A stretch of 20,000 nt of DNA from positions 55,793 to 75,792 of the IMG/VR virus record IMGVR_UViG_3300031788_000008; one strand, written 5' to 3'. Shown here one piece after another: positions 7,201-15,286 of this stretch. The translations under genes were made by a program, and so were the position numbers. The notes beneath the pieces are model-generated. The model did no database searches. It was not told where the DNA came from and saw only the letters and a list, made by a program, of their open reading frames with translations. Position 1 is the first letter of the stretch. Every line of letters starts with the position of its first letter. The DNA is from an uncultured virus (IMG/VR IMGVR_UViG_3300031788_000008) (taxonomy: Duplodnaviria; Heunggongvirae; Uroviricota; Caudoviricetes).

Positions 7201-7478
7201 AAATATCCATTTTCAGTGTTTCCGATGTATAATTGGGTATGGATATCACACTAAAAATTAAAAGGATCAGTGTCTTAACTGGTCACGGTACTGATAGGAT
7301 TTACCTTTATTTTGATCTGCCTACAACATTTCCTGACTGGCCGCTTGAGGAATGTTCCGCAGTCATCGAAGCGACTAAAGGTTACGGCGTTGCCTGGGTA
7401 AAAGAAAATTTCCACCTAGAACCAGATGTAGTTTCGTCCTGTTTCTGAAATATCCATTTTCAGTGTTTCCGATGTATA
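7201..7478 (+). repeat. 31-bp perfect direct repeat (7201-7231 and 7448-7478), promoter-like
   Basis: AAATATCCATTTTCAGTGTTTCCGATGTATA, continuing as TATAAT or TATACT just before a start codon. Confidence 0.85.
7239..7448 (+). CDS. Hypothetical protein
   Basis: ORF lies exactly between the two 31-bp repeats. Confidence 0.7.
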   Translation: MDITLKIKRISVLTGHGTDRIYLYFDLPTTFPDWPLEECSAVIEATKGYGVAWVKENFHLEPDVVSSCF

Positions 7479-7488
7479 CTAGGGATGT

Positions 7489-7764
7489 ATGAGTAAACCA
7501 CCAATAAGCGAGAAACCTCCTTGGGTTCAAGGGGCTAAAAACACCAAGAAACGAAAGAAGAAAGACAACGATGCGATTCTAAATCCTGTATACGACGCAA
7601 AACTTGTGGAGAAATTGTGCGGAAACGCACGAAGGATAGTTCTTCAAGAAGGCAACGGGATGCTAACAAATGGTGTTCCAACGGAGTTATATTGGCACAT
7701 CAATGGGTGCTCTGCTTGTGAAGAACTTCGCTCCAAGGCTAAACCACCAGAGATACCGTACTGA
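7489..7764 (+). CDS. Hypothetical protein (HxxxCxxC)
   Basis: ORF following the second repeat. Confidence 0.65.
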   Translation: MSKPPISEKPPWVQGAKNTKKRKKKDNDAILNPVYDAKLVEKLCGNARRIVLQEGNGMLTNGVPTELYWHINGCSACEELRSKAKPPEIPY

Positions 7765-7804
7765 GGTGTAACGCATCATGGCCGGGACTGTGATCAGGAG
7801 GAAT

Positions 7805-8092
7805 ATGAACAAGCCGATTATTCTCATTGTAGCACTGAGATACGAAATTGATGGTGATTTAGAAGATGCGAAACGTATGTTGTCTAGAGCTTATGCTCCG
7901 CGTGAGGGAAGAGTTGAAAGTGCAAGTAGCCACAAAGCTACAGCAACATGCATATCAATGCAGGCTGAAATTGAGGAGATGCAAGAAGATATGTGTGAAG
8001 TTAGGAATGGTGTTGGATATGCCTACCTACAGGTCCCTTACCCAGCGGGGGCAGCTGGCGTGCAGCAACAAAAGCAGAGGAAGAAGAAATAG
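7805..8092 (+). CDS. Hypothetical protein
   Basis: RBS AGGAGG before ATG 7805. Confidence 0.65.
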   Translation: MNKPIILIVALRYEIDGDLEDAKRMLSRAYAPREGRVESASSHKATATCISMQAEIEEMQEDMCEVRNGVGYAYLQVPYPAGAAGVQQQKQRKKK

Positions 8093-8135
8093 ACAAAGAA
8101 AAGATCATCAAAGCGATCAAAGAGATCGATGATGA

Positions 8136-8378
8136 ATGTCGGAGGCGGTAATGAAAAGAGAACTCACTGAGAAGTTTTGCCAATTCGTCAACTACCCTGA
8201 AAGCGAGGATGCCTGCGGAGAGCCAGCACGCTGCAAGCATGAGGATGTGTGGTTGTGTGCCGCGCACTACGACATCGTCATGGATTCACCAGACGATTAC
8301 GATGCGATCACTGTGGATAATACGAAGTCATCGTTCGTATTCACTTTGCCGGAAAAAGAACCCAATGCCAAAACCTAA
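8136..8378 (+). CDS. Small Cys/His protein (C...CGEPA...LCAAHYD)
   Basis: Shares CxxHYD with the 1434-2019 paralogs and CGEPA with the 3002 gene. Confidence 0.7.
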   Translation: MSEAVMKRELTEKFCQFVNYPESEDACGEPARCKHEDVWLCAAHYDIVMDSPDDYDAITVDNTKSSFVFTLPEKEPNAKT

Positions 8379-8673
8379 TTTATTCAAAGAAGACGCCATT
8401 TTGGAATCCCAGATTATTGATACTTTAGAAGCTGGTTTGAAGCGGTGGCGACCAGATTTATCTTACCCCGAGTCTTACAGTGATATGCAAGCCTGTGTCC
8501 GGGGTCTGCTAATGGTCTTTGATGTTAAGCGCCTACCTCTGCCAAAGCCCCTGAGAATTGAATGTCATGTTTGTGATGGTTTAGGATATATGATAACGAA
8601 AGCAGAAAATAGCTATCGTGAATCAACGTCTTGTAAAGAATGCAAAGGACGGGGGCACATTCCCAGTGAATAA
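8365..8673 (+). CDS. Hypothetical protein with DnaJ-like zinc-finger repeats
   Basis: CHVCDGLG ... CKECKGRG (two CxxCxGxG). Confidence 0.7.
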   Translation: MPKPNLFKEDAILESQIIDTLEAGLKRWRPDLSYPESYSDMQACVRGLLMVFDVKRLPLPKPLRIECHVCDGLGYMITKAENSYRESTSCKECKGRGHIPSE

Positions 8674-8836
8674 ACGAGTGGATATTCGAGCTATTCTACG
8701 CAATCCGGCGCAACGCCGGGAGTTGATGATTCGCTGCATTATCGCCACACAAGCCAGAGAAGATGTCCAAACCACTTATAAACAGGCCGCCGTAGCTTAT
8801 GATAAAGTCAGTGACTATCGTAAATCAAATTCCTAA
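8666..8836 (+). CDS. Hypothetical protein
   Basis: GTG start overlapping the upstream stop; fills the gap. Confidence 0.55.
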   Translation: MNKRVDIRAILRNPAQRRELMIRCIIATQAREDVQTTYKQAAVAYDKVSDYRKSNS

Positions 8837-8883
8837 TCATTCCACCTCTTGCCATAAACAAATTCTTGAGATAGTATCAAGTT

Positions 8884-9870
8884 ATGGCAAATGCAAGCGC
8901 AAAAAAATTAGATTTTGACGATGAAGATGAATACGAGCCTCGTCCAGAAATAGGGTCAGATGACGATCAAGCTTATTATCATTGGTCCAAGCGAAATGGG
9001 GTATTTCGCCCTGTAGGTCACACTCAAGATACCGTACCAGCCGGTATTTATGAAATTGATAACGATAATAGCGGCTGGTTCCTATCCAAAGTAAAATTTC
9101 CATCAGATGCTCTACTCCGTTTACCTGGAATGCCTATTGATTTTATCCTTGATCAAATTGACACATTTTGGAAGCGTGAAGAATTATTCACCCAAACCAA
9201 ACTCCTCCATAAGCGTGGTATTTTGATGTATGGACCCGCAGGCTGCGGTAAAACATCAATCATTAGACTGCTCTGTGACGATATTGTTAGACGTGATGGT
9301 ATTGTGATCATGGTTACTAACTGCCGCTTGGCGGAAACGGCTCTTGGGGGCATTAGGCAAATAGAAACTCGTAGACCTATTCTTACAATTATTGAAGACA
9401 TCGAAACCTTCATGGGTCCTGGTGATGAATCTTCATCCGCCAGAGCACTGTTGGCTCTGTTAGACGGAGAAACTCAAGTGGATCACATTGTTCATTTGGC
9501 CACGAGTAATAAACCTGAACAATTGGAAGATCGTGTCGCTAAGCGTCCTGGGCGTTTTGATCTAGTAGTAAAATTAAGTCATCCGGTGGAAGAAGCCCGT
9601 AGAGCATACCTGTTAAATTTACTCCACGATCATGTAACCCCTGAAGAACTTCAGATTATGGTAGATGAAACTGAAGGTTTGGGATTGGCCCACTTACGCG
9701 AGTTGGTTGTAGCAAACTATTGCTTAGGCTTGGATCGTAAGCAAACATTAAAGCGTTTAAAGAAAAATTTCACAGGATCCTTAAAGGTCAAAAAGTCGCC
9801 CAGCGAGGGAATGGGATTTACCTTTGGTATCGATGAAGATGAAGATGAAAAATCATTAAAAAATGAGTAA
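8884..9870 (+). CDS. AAA+ ATPase (classical clade, single domain), paralog 1
   Basis: KRGILMYGPAGCGKT Walker A, IIEDIE Walker B, ATSN sensor 1, RPGRFD. Confidence 0.93.
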   Translation: MANASAKKLDFDDEDEYEPRPEIGSDDDQAYYHWSKRNGVFRPVGHTQDTVPAGIYEIDNDNSGWFLSKVKFPSDALLRLPGMPIDFILDQIDTFWKREELFTQTKLLHKRGILMYGPAGCGKTSIIRLLCDDIVRRDGIVIMVTNCRLAETALGGIRQIETRRPILTIIEDIETFMGPGDESSSARALLALLDGETQVDHIVHLATSNKPEQLEDRVAKRPGRFDLVVKLSHPVEEARRAYLLNLLHDHVTPEELQIMVDETEGLGLAHLRELVVANYCLGLDRKQTLKRLKKNFTGSLKVKKSPSEGMGFTFGIDEDEDEKSLKNE

Positions 9871-9872
9871 AT

Positions 9873-10937
9873 ATGCCTGATGAAATTGAACTACCTAAAA
9901 ACGAATTCGACATACTACAGGATCGTATGCAAGCCTCTGAAGTGAACCGTAGAATACTTGGGGCCAATCCAGCAAGCGAGATGAGAAAAGTAGCATCCGT
10001 GGATGGTAGTACACTTCTTTCATCCATGACAAAAAATCAATGGGCTGTATTACCGAATGATTCATTCACAGCCATTGGTACTACGGTTTCTCATTTACCT
10101 CCAGCGATTTATACTTTATCGTCCGATGGGGGCGCGATATTTTTCCATAAAACTAAAGTTCTTACTGATAATTTAATTGATCTGGATGATAGCGCGGCTT
10201 TGCGAATCATTGCCGGAATTGAGAAATTTTGGGAATCTAAATCCAAATTTGATCGTTTTGGTATTCTCTTCAAGCGCGGCATTCTTATGTGGGGACCGGC
10301 GGGGTCTGGAAAAACTGCCGCAGTTAACATGTTGATGAATGATTTGGTGGGGCGCGGTGGAATGGTTGTAATTGTGCAATCCCCAGGTCTTGCGATTGGG
10401 GGACTTCATGAACTTCGACGCATTGAACCGGAGCGTCCAATTATTGTAGTATTAGAGGACATCGAAGAAATGATACAAAATTTCGGAGAGCACGGATTGC
10501 TAAGTCTGCTTGACGGAGAGCACCAAGTTTCTAATGTTGTTGTACTGGCTACCACAAATTACCCAGAGCTTCTTGGCGAACGTATTATCAATCGACCAAG
10601 CCGTTTTGATGAAGTTATTTTAGTAGATATGCCTTCCAAGAATGCACGATATCGGTATCTCAAGCACATATTAAAAGACACGGTACCAGAAGTAGAACTC
10701 CGGCAGTGGGTTATAGCAACCGACAAGCTATCCATCGCCCATTTACGAGAGCTTATTGTTGCTACTCAATGCTTGGATCGCCCATATGCCGAAGTTGTAG
10801 ATCGTTTGAGGCGTATGAAAATTCGCCCGAATAGCGAGAAACGCGATAAAGAAGTTCCAGGCTTTTCAAATGTGGGCATGATAATTCCCGGGAATTTTTC
10901 AAAGGAATGTGGGGGTTCAAGTACATCAAGTAGATAA
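9873..10937 (+). CDS. AAA+ ATPase, paralog 2
   Basis: KRGILMWGPAGSGKT, VLEDIE, ATTN, RPSRFD. Confidence 0.93.
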   Translation: MPDEIELPKNEFDILQDRMQASEVNRRILGANPASEMRKVASVDGSTLLSSMTKNQWAVLPNDSFTAIGTTVSHLPPAIYTLSSDGGAIFFHKTKVLTDNLIDLDDSAALRIIAGIEKFWESKSKFDRFGILFKRGILMWGPAGSGKTAAVNMLMNDLVGRGGMVVIVQSPGLAIGGLHELRRIEPERPIIVVLEDIEEMIQNFGEHGLLSLLDGEHQVSNVVVLATTNYPELLGERIINRPSRFDEVILVDMPSKNARYRYLKHILKDTVPEVELRQWVIATDKLSIAHLRELIVATQCLDRPYAEVVDRLRRMKIRPNSEKRDKEVPGFSNVGMIIPGNFSKECGGSSTSSR

Positions 10938-10993
10938 ATGTCAAGAGCAAATAGTTATGCACAATACTAATAAAGGCTGGTATAGGAAAAAAT

Positions 10994-12136
10994 ATGTCAC
11001 ATTATAGTGTTTTAGTTATCGGTGAAAACGTAGAAGAACAATTAGCCCCCTTTCATGAATTTGAATGTACCGGGGATGACAATGAGTATGTGCAAGATGT
11101 AGATGATACAGAAGAAGCCAGGGAATCTTATAAAGCCGATAAAACAACCATGTATAAAGATCCAGATGGTAACTTACACAGTCCTTGGACAAAAGAAGGA
11201 CACGCCAAATCTGAATTTTATCGAGACCCTACACCAAAAGAAGAAAAAGAACGGGAAGAAACGGGATATTCTAACCTATCTTGTACATCTCAAGACTGGG
11301 GTGACGGTAGGGGATATAGAGACAGAATTAAGTGTCTCCCTGAGGGCTGGCAAGAAGTAGAAGTGCTCACATCTTCTGTGGAAACTTTCGCTGAATTCAT
11401 TAAAGGTTATTACGGGCATGAACCTGTTGCTTTTGGTGAATCTCCTGACCTTGATGAAACCCACAAGTATGGATATGTGATACTTGACGAAAAAGGTGAA
11501 GTGGTACGAAGTATCAATCGGACCAACCCAAATAAAAAATGGGACTGGTGGACTCTCGGTGGTAGATGGAACGGCTTCTTTAAAACAAAAAAAGCAGGAG
11601 TAGGGGTAATGGGTGCGCCTGGTTTGCAATCGGCGCATGAGGATTATGAACCACCTACTGACGATCGTGCCGATGTTTGTACTAAGGATGATATCGATAT
11701 CGATGGGATGCGAGATGAAGCAGAACGCGAAGCCGGTAAGAGTTATGATTTGTATTCCAAAATAGTAGCTGGACTACCTCCGATTGTATCTTGGGAAGCT
11801 ACAGTCGAAAAGCATAACAAAGATTACGCCGCTGCTAGAGAAGAATATAATGCACAACCGGCCGTATTAGTGCTTCGAAAGAACGAAGAGACTACTTGGT
11901 ATGACGCAGATGATTATTTGTGTTCTAGAGAGGTTTTTATTCAACGCTCACGGAATGCTGCTTTCTCTACTTTCGCTGTGGTTAAAGACGGTAAGTGGTA
12001 CGAACGCGGGGAGATGGGTTGGTGGGGCGTGGTGAGGGATGAAAAAGACGCAGATGAATGGTATACTCAGTTTGCATCTCTTGTGGATAGTCTGCCTGGG
12101 GATACTGTAATGACTGTGGTAGATTGTCATATATAA
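10994..12136 (+). CDS. Acidic hypothetical phage protein
   Basis: MSHYSVLV...QLAPF...NPNKKWDWWTLGGRW...W..RGEMGWWG...VVDCHI, a pattern I recall from uncharacterised phage proteins. Confidence 0.8.
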   Translation: MSHYSVLVIGENVEEQLAPFHEFECTGDDNEYVQDVDDTEEARESYKADKTTMYKDPDGNLHSPWTKEGHAKSEFYRDPTPKEEKEREETGYSNLSCTSQDWGDGRGYRDRIKCLPEGWQEVEVLTSSVETFAEFIKGYYGHEPVAFGESPDLDETHKYGYVILDEKGEVVRSINRTNPNKKWDWWTLGGRWNGFFKTKKAGVGVMGAPGLQSAHEDYEPPTDDRADVCTKDDIDIDGMRDEAEREAGKSYDLYSKIVAGLPPIVSWEATVEKHNKDYAAAREEYNAQPAVLVLRKNEETTWYDADDYLCSREVFIQRSRNAAFSTFAVVKDGKWYERGEMGWWGVVRDEKDADEWYTQFASLVDSLPGDTVMTVVDCHI

Positions 12137-12149
12137 ATTGAGGAAAATT

Positions 12150-12305
12150 ATGGCTCGTTTAACAGATGAAGACATCCAAAAAATAGCGGAAACTCCTTTT
12201 GACGGTCTAATTCAAGTTGAGATTTTGACTTACCATACTCAGTTGCTCGCTGAAATCGCACTAAGGCTTGGTGATCTTACTGATATGATTAGTATTCCAA
12301 AATAG
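12150..12305 (+). CDS. Small hypothetical protein (51 aa)
   Basis: RBS GAGGA; MARLTDEDIQKIAETP...ISIPK*; not in the ORF track. Confidence 0.6.
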   Translation: MARLTDEDIQKIAETPFDGLIQVEILTYHTQLLAEIALRLGDLTDMISIPK

Positions 12306-12366
12306 TAGCCCAGATTTGAAAAGACTGGGAGAATATGTCGTACCATTATTGTAGAGGGGAACTAAA

Positions 12367-12537
12367 ATGGCTGTAGAACGGATACAATTGATCAAGCGTA
12401 CGATATGGACAGCGAATTGTCCCCAATGCCAAGACACTAAGGAAGTTACTGAGAATCCACCCAAAGAACGATTTTGTTTGCAATGCAAAATCTGGATACC
12501 GTATGAAGAACAATTTTATTTGGGACCGGAGCTGTAA
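12367..12537 (+). CDS. Small zinc-ribbon protein (56 aa)
   Basis: RBS GAGGGG; CPQC...CLQC; not in the ORF track. Confidence 0.7.
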   Translation: MAVERIQLIKRTIWTANCPQCQDTKEVTENPPKERFCLQCKIWIPYEEQFYLGPEL

Positions 12538-12683
12538 TGGGAAGCGCGCTCCGACCTTGGCAGGTCGCGCGATCTGACCATATCCCCGATCACAGCAATG
12601 TAGCGTTGTGTTTCGACGGTCACATGCGCCTCCTCGACGCCCGCGTCAGTCTGATGTCCCGTGTGGACGGGGCCAAGACCATT

Positions 12684-12761
12684 GTCACCCAAATATGGGT
12701 AACTTTCAACCGGTCACCCATATTTGGGTTACTTAAGTCCAATCACCCAAATGTGGGTGAC
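12684..12761. repeat. Three 20-bp palindromes at 29-bp period
   Basis: GTCACCCAAATATGGGTAAC, GTCACCCATATTTGGGTTAC, ATCACCCAAATGTGGGTGAC with 9-bp spacers. Confidence 0.85.
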
Positions 12762-12918
12762 GCCCGTTATGAGCAGGCCGAGTCGGCCTTGAAAAATCAA
12801 TCAAGCTTCACTCTTTACAGGGAGTTGAGCTAAGCCGCCTTGGGCGCGTACGCGGCGACGGATCCTTTGCGGGCGTTGGCCTAAAATCAATAGCTCTAGC
12901 TCGCAGAAAGGCACGGCT

Positions 12919-13224
12919 ATGAAGATACGCCTACAAACTGCAATAACATTTGTAGCCGCACTGTGGCTGCTGATGCTTCTGGTGGGTTGCGAAGCTGACC
13001 CGGTATCAAGGGTGCAGAGCAGCAACAACAAAAACATCACGGTGGACTTCCTATTTGAACATGAAGGGTGCCGGGTGTACCGATTTGATGACGGCGACAT
13101 GCGGCAGGTTTACTACGCCAACTGCGGTGCGTTCGCACAAACCTCGTGGGACCGCTCGTGCGGCAAAAGCTGCACTGTACACGAAACCGTTTCAACTTCC
13201 GGTTATGGAAAAAGCAAGCATTAA
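12919..13224 (+). CDS. Lipoprotein, DUF4884-like
   Basis: Lipobox LVGC; VDFLFEHEGCRVYRF motif. Confidence 0.75.
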   Translation: MKIRLQTAITFVAALWLLMLLVGCEADPVSRVQSSNNKNITVDFLFEHEGCRVYRFDDGDMRQVYYANCGAFAQTSWDRSCGKSCTVHETVSTSGYGKSKH

Positions 13225-13242
13225 AAAAGGAGAACGAACCCG

Positions 13243-13473
13243 ATGAGTAAAATCACACCAAAGAAAGAGAAAGTGTTTACGATCACAGCCCGCGTTGTGA
13301 TCATTAAAGATCTGGATATCAAGGCCGACACTTTCGAAAAAGCTTTGGAAGAAGCCCAGAAACTATCGGAGTCTGACTTCGTGTCTTACGAGGGGTCGCC
13401 GCTCGATAGCAGCATACGCATCGTATCTATCAGTTCTCCCGACGCATGGCAGGTGGAGCGGCCACGGGGTTGA
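13243..13473 (+). CDS. Hypothetical protein
   Basis: RBS AAGGAG; I.A.TFEKALEEA pattern typical of small phage proteins. Confidence 0.7.
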   Translation: MSKITPKKEKVFTITARVVIIKDLDIKADTFEKALEEAQKLSESDFVSYEGSPLDSSIRIVSISSPDAWQVERPRG

Positions 13474-13602
13474 ACGGTAGCCCAAAGGAGCCGATAAACA
13501 GGCAGCAAGGTGAGGTTCGGTAGAACCGACAAAATGATGCGAGAAGCGGACAAGCACTTCATATGACGGCTGTAGTATCATAGGTACAAGGAATAACAGG
13601 TG

Positions 13603-14154
13603 ATGAAAATAGAGGATTCTGTGGAAACTGTGAATACATCAGCTAAAATTGATATCTTTAAATATGAATGGGAATTTTTGTCTAATTTTTATCCCTGTGA
13701 GATTGTTTGGGAAGGAATTACTTACGCTTCCACAGAGCACGCATACCAAGCGGCTAAGACACTGGATATAGAGAAACGCCGGATGTTTGGATTAGAAGAC
13801 AACCCTCGTTTAACAGCCAAAAAAGCAAAAGATATGGGAGCAAATATCAAGAAGAACGGAGAGCTGCGCTCCGATTGGCTCAAAGTCAATATCGGCATCA
13901 TGCGGGAATTGTTGGTATTGAAATTTGAGAAAGAAGAGCTGAAACAAAAATTATTGTCCACAGGCACCGCTTATTTGGAAGAAGGGAACTGGTGGGAAGA
14001 CAATTTTTGGGGTGTTTGTTATGGGGGCACAGAAAAAGGGTTCCATGGAATCAAATGCGGCAAATGGCCCCATGTCCCTTCGGGTGAAAATCATTTAGGT
14101 TTATTGCTTATGGCTATTAGGGCTACGTTTATTCCTAGAATACAGGTGGCATAA
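13603..14154 (+). CDS. NADAR / YbiA-family protein
   Basis: FLSNFYP, YASTEHAYQAAK, LKF...LKQKLLSTG..YLEEGNWWEDNFWG, GENHLGLLLMAIR. Confidence 0.92.
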   Translation: MKIEDSVETVNTSAKIDIFKYEWEFLSNFYPCEIVWEGITYASTEHAYQAAKTLDIEKRRMFGLEDNPRLTAKKAKDMGANIKKNGELRSDWLKVNIGIMRELLVLKFEKEELKQKLLSTGTAYLEEGNWWEDNFWGVCYGGTEKGFHGIKCGKWPHVPSGENHLGLLLMAIRATFIPRIQVA

Positions 14155-14155
14155 A

Positions 14156-14332
14156 ATGACAAAAAACGAAATACTATACAACTTAAAAAACGGACGAAGG
14201 TTGCGTTGCGATAGGAAAGATGAACCGTTATTGCCTTGGTTGCTAGAACATCCAAACATCCAGAATAAATTTGTGCAAGTTGATGACCAGTCTAGCTATA
14301 TTGAATTTATTTGGGAGAAAAATAATCCTTGA
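14156..14332 (+). CDS. Small hypothetical protein (58 aa)
   Basis: ATG one base after the NADAR stop; MTKNEILYNL...WEKNNP*. Confidence 0.6.
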   Translation: MTKNEILYNLKNGRRLRCDRKDEPLLPWLLEHPNIQNKFVQVDDQSSYIEFIWEKNNP

Positions 14333-14357
14333 CAATTTTTCAACTACCCAGTATTAT
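14329..14357 (+). promoter_or_regulatory. Sigma70-type promoter of the Pro/Met tRNA cluster
   Basis: TTGACA-17 bp-TATTAT; shares CAACTACC(C)AGTATTATA with the 5890 promoter. Confidence 0.85.
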
Positions 14358-14457
14358 ATAAAGAGTAGTAGTAAAGTAAAAGTTGGCTCGGAACGAGCCA
14401 TCAGGAAATGGGGGGTTTTGGGTAAAACTGAAGCCCATCACCAAAATTGAGATAATT

Positions 14458-14526
14458 ATGACCAAAATGCGACCGATGCCGATGTTTCCACCAAGCCCTA
14501 TGGGGCGCGGGGTCGCTGGACTTTAG
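14458..14526 (+). CDS. Putative attenuator leader peptide MTKMRPMPMFPPSPMGRGVAGL (Met/Pro-rich)
   Basis: 22 codons; 5 ATG; Pro CCG,CCG,CCA,CCA,CCT. Confidence 0.8.
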   Translation: MTKMRPMPMFPPSPMGRGVAGL

Positions 14527-14529
14527 TCC

Positions 14530-14558
14530 AACCCCGTGCTAGCGGGGTTCTGTTGTTG
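14530..14558 (+). terminator. Attenuator terminator, mutually exclusive with antiterminator 14505-14539
   Basis: AACCCCGT-GCTA-GCGGGGTT-CTGTTGTTG (imperfect U tract); leader GCGCGGGGT (14505-14513) pairs with ACCCCGTGC (14531-14539). Confidence 0.7.
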
Positions 14559-14601
14559 TAACAAATTTTCCCATATCAAACAGAAATCCCTTTTTGCATT
14601 T

Positions 14602-14676
14602 CAGGGTATAGTGTTAATGGTAGCACCCTAGTTTCGGGAACTAGTAGTCTCAGATCATTCCTGAGTACCCTGACCA
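14602..14676 (+). tRNA. tRNA-Pro(CGG), non-canonical T loop
   Basis: CAGGGTA/TACCCTG+ACCA; CTAGT-TTCGGGA-ACTAG; T loop ATCATTC. Confidence 0.88.
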
Positions 14677-14681
14677 GTTTA

Positions 14682-14717
14682 CGGTGTAGCTCAGCCCGGT
14701 TTAGAGCAAGCACACCG
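14682..14717 (+). pseudogene. Internally deleted tRNA-Pro-like remnant
   Basis: CGGTGT-AGCTCAGCCCGGTTTAGAGC-AAGC-ACACCG: a D arm closed by a short stem; no anticodon or T arm. Confidence 0.55.
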
Positions 14718-14775
14718 ACTTTCGTTACTTTTTGTACAGCTATCAAGATTTTTTGTAAAAGGAGTTACTTTTAAG

Positions 14776-14850
14776 CAGGGCGTAGATCAGAGGAAGATCG
14801 CAAGTCTGGGGGACTTGAGGCCGGAATATCATAATTTCCCGCCCTGACCA
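14776..14850 (+). tRNA. tRNA-Pro(GGG), non-canonical T loop
   Basis: CAGGGCG/CGCCCTG+ACCA; CAAGT-CTGGGGG-ACTTG; T loop ATCATAA. Confidence 0.85.
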
Positions 14851-14872
14851 CAGTTTGAAAATTTAAATTTAA

Positions 14873-14958
14873 CTAGGTGTCGGGTAGTTTGGTTTAGCCC
14901 ACATGCCTTGGGCGCATGTCTCGAAAGAGAATCGCAGGTTCAAATCCTGCCACCTAGA
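14873..14958 (+). tRNA. tRNA-Pro(TGG) with long variable arm, no encoded CCA
   Basis: CTAGGTG/CACCTAG+A; CATGC-CTTGGGC-GCATG; variable hairpin TCTC-GAAA-GAGA; GCAGG-TTCAAAT-CCTGC. Confidence 0.88.
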
Positions 14959-15024
14959 CATTGGCGACTGTCAGCCGTTAGTAAGTCTGACTTAAAGGCG
15001 CATAGAGCGCAGTCGCACTTTTTT

Positions 15025-15285
15025 ATGAGTGTATTCGGCAATACATGCGGCGTACGCATTTACAGAGGTCCATGCACCTGTAAAACTGCCTGCCCTAAAT
15101 GTCAAATAGGCTGCTGGAATCCCGCTGCATATCGTAACCCATGGTTTGGGAAGCCTGGGCACCAGATTTATTGGTGGAGGGATCCATACAGCTACGCGGA
15201 ATTTTTATGCGTAGAGCATTATGATGATGCTGTTAAAGACATTGAAGAATATGAAGAACTTTACCAAACGAAGGGTGTTTGCTGA
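15025..15285 (+). CDS. Small Cys-rich protein (CxxHYD)
   Basis: Start moved to ATG 15025, after the tRNA; FLCVEHYDD. Confidence 0.65.
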   Translation: MSVFGNTCGVRIYRGPCTCKTACPKCQIGCWNPAAYRNPWFGKPGHQIYWWRDPYSYAEFLCVEHYDDAVKDIEEYEELYQTKGVC

Positions 15286-15286
15286 A

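Noticed and set aside
12684..12761. Mini CRISPR array
   Set aside because: Repeats are 20 bp with 9-bp spacers, far too short, and no cas genes are present.
12537..12833. 98-aa ORF as a confident CDS
   Set aside because: No motif, atypical composition, and it overlaps a palindrome array that explains the sequence better; cannot be fully excluded given the TAATG overlap.
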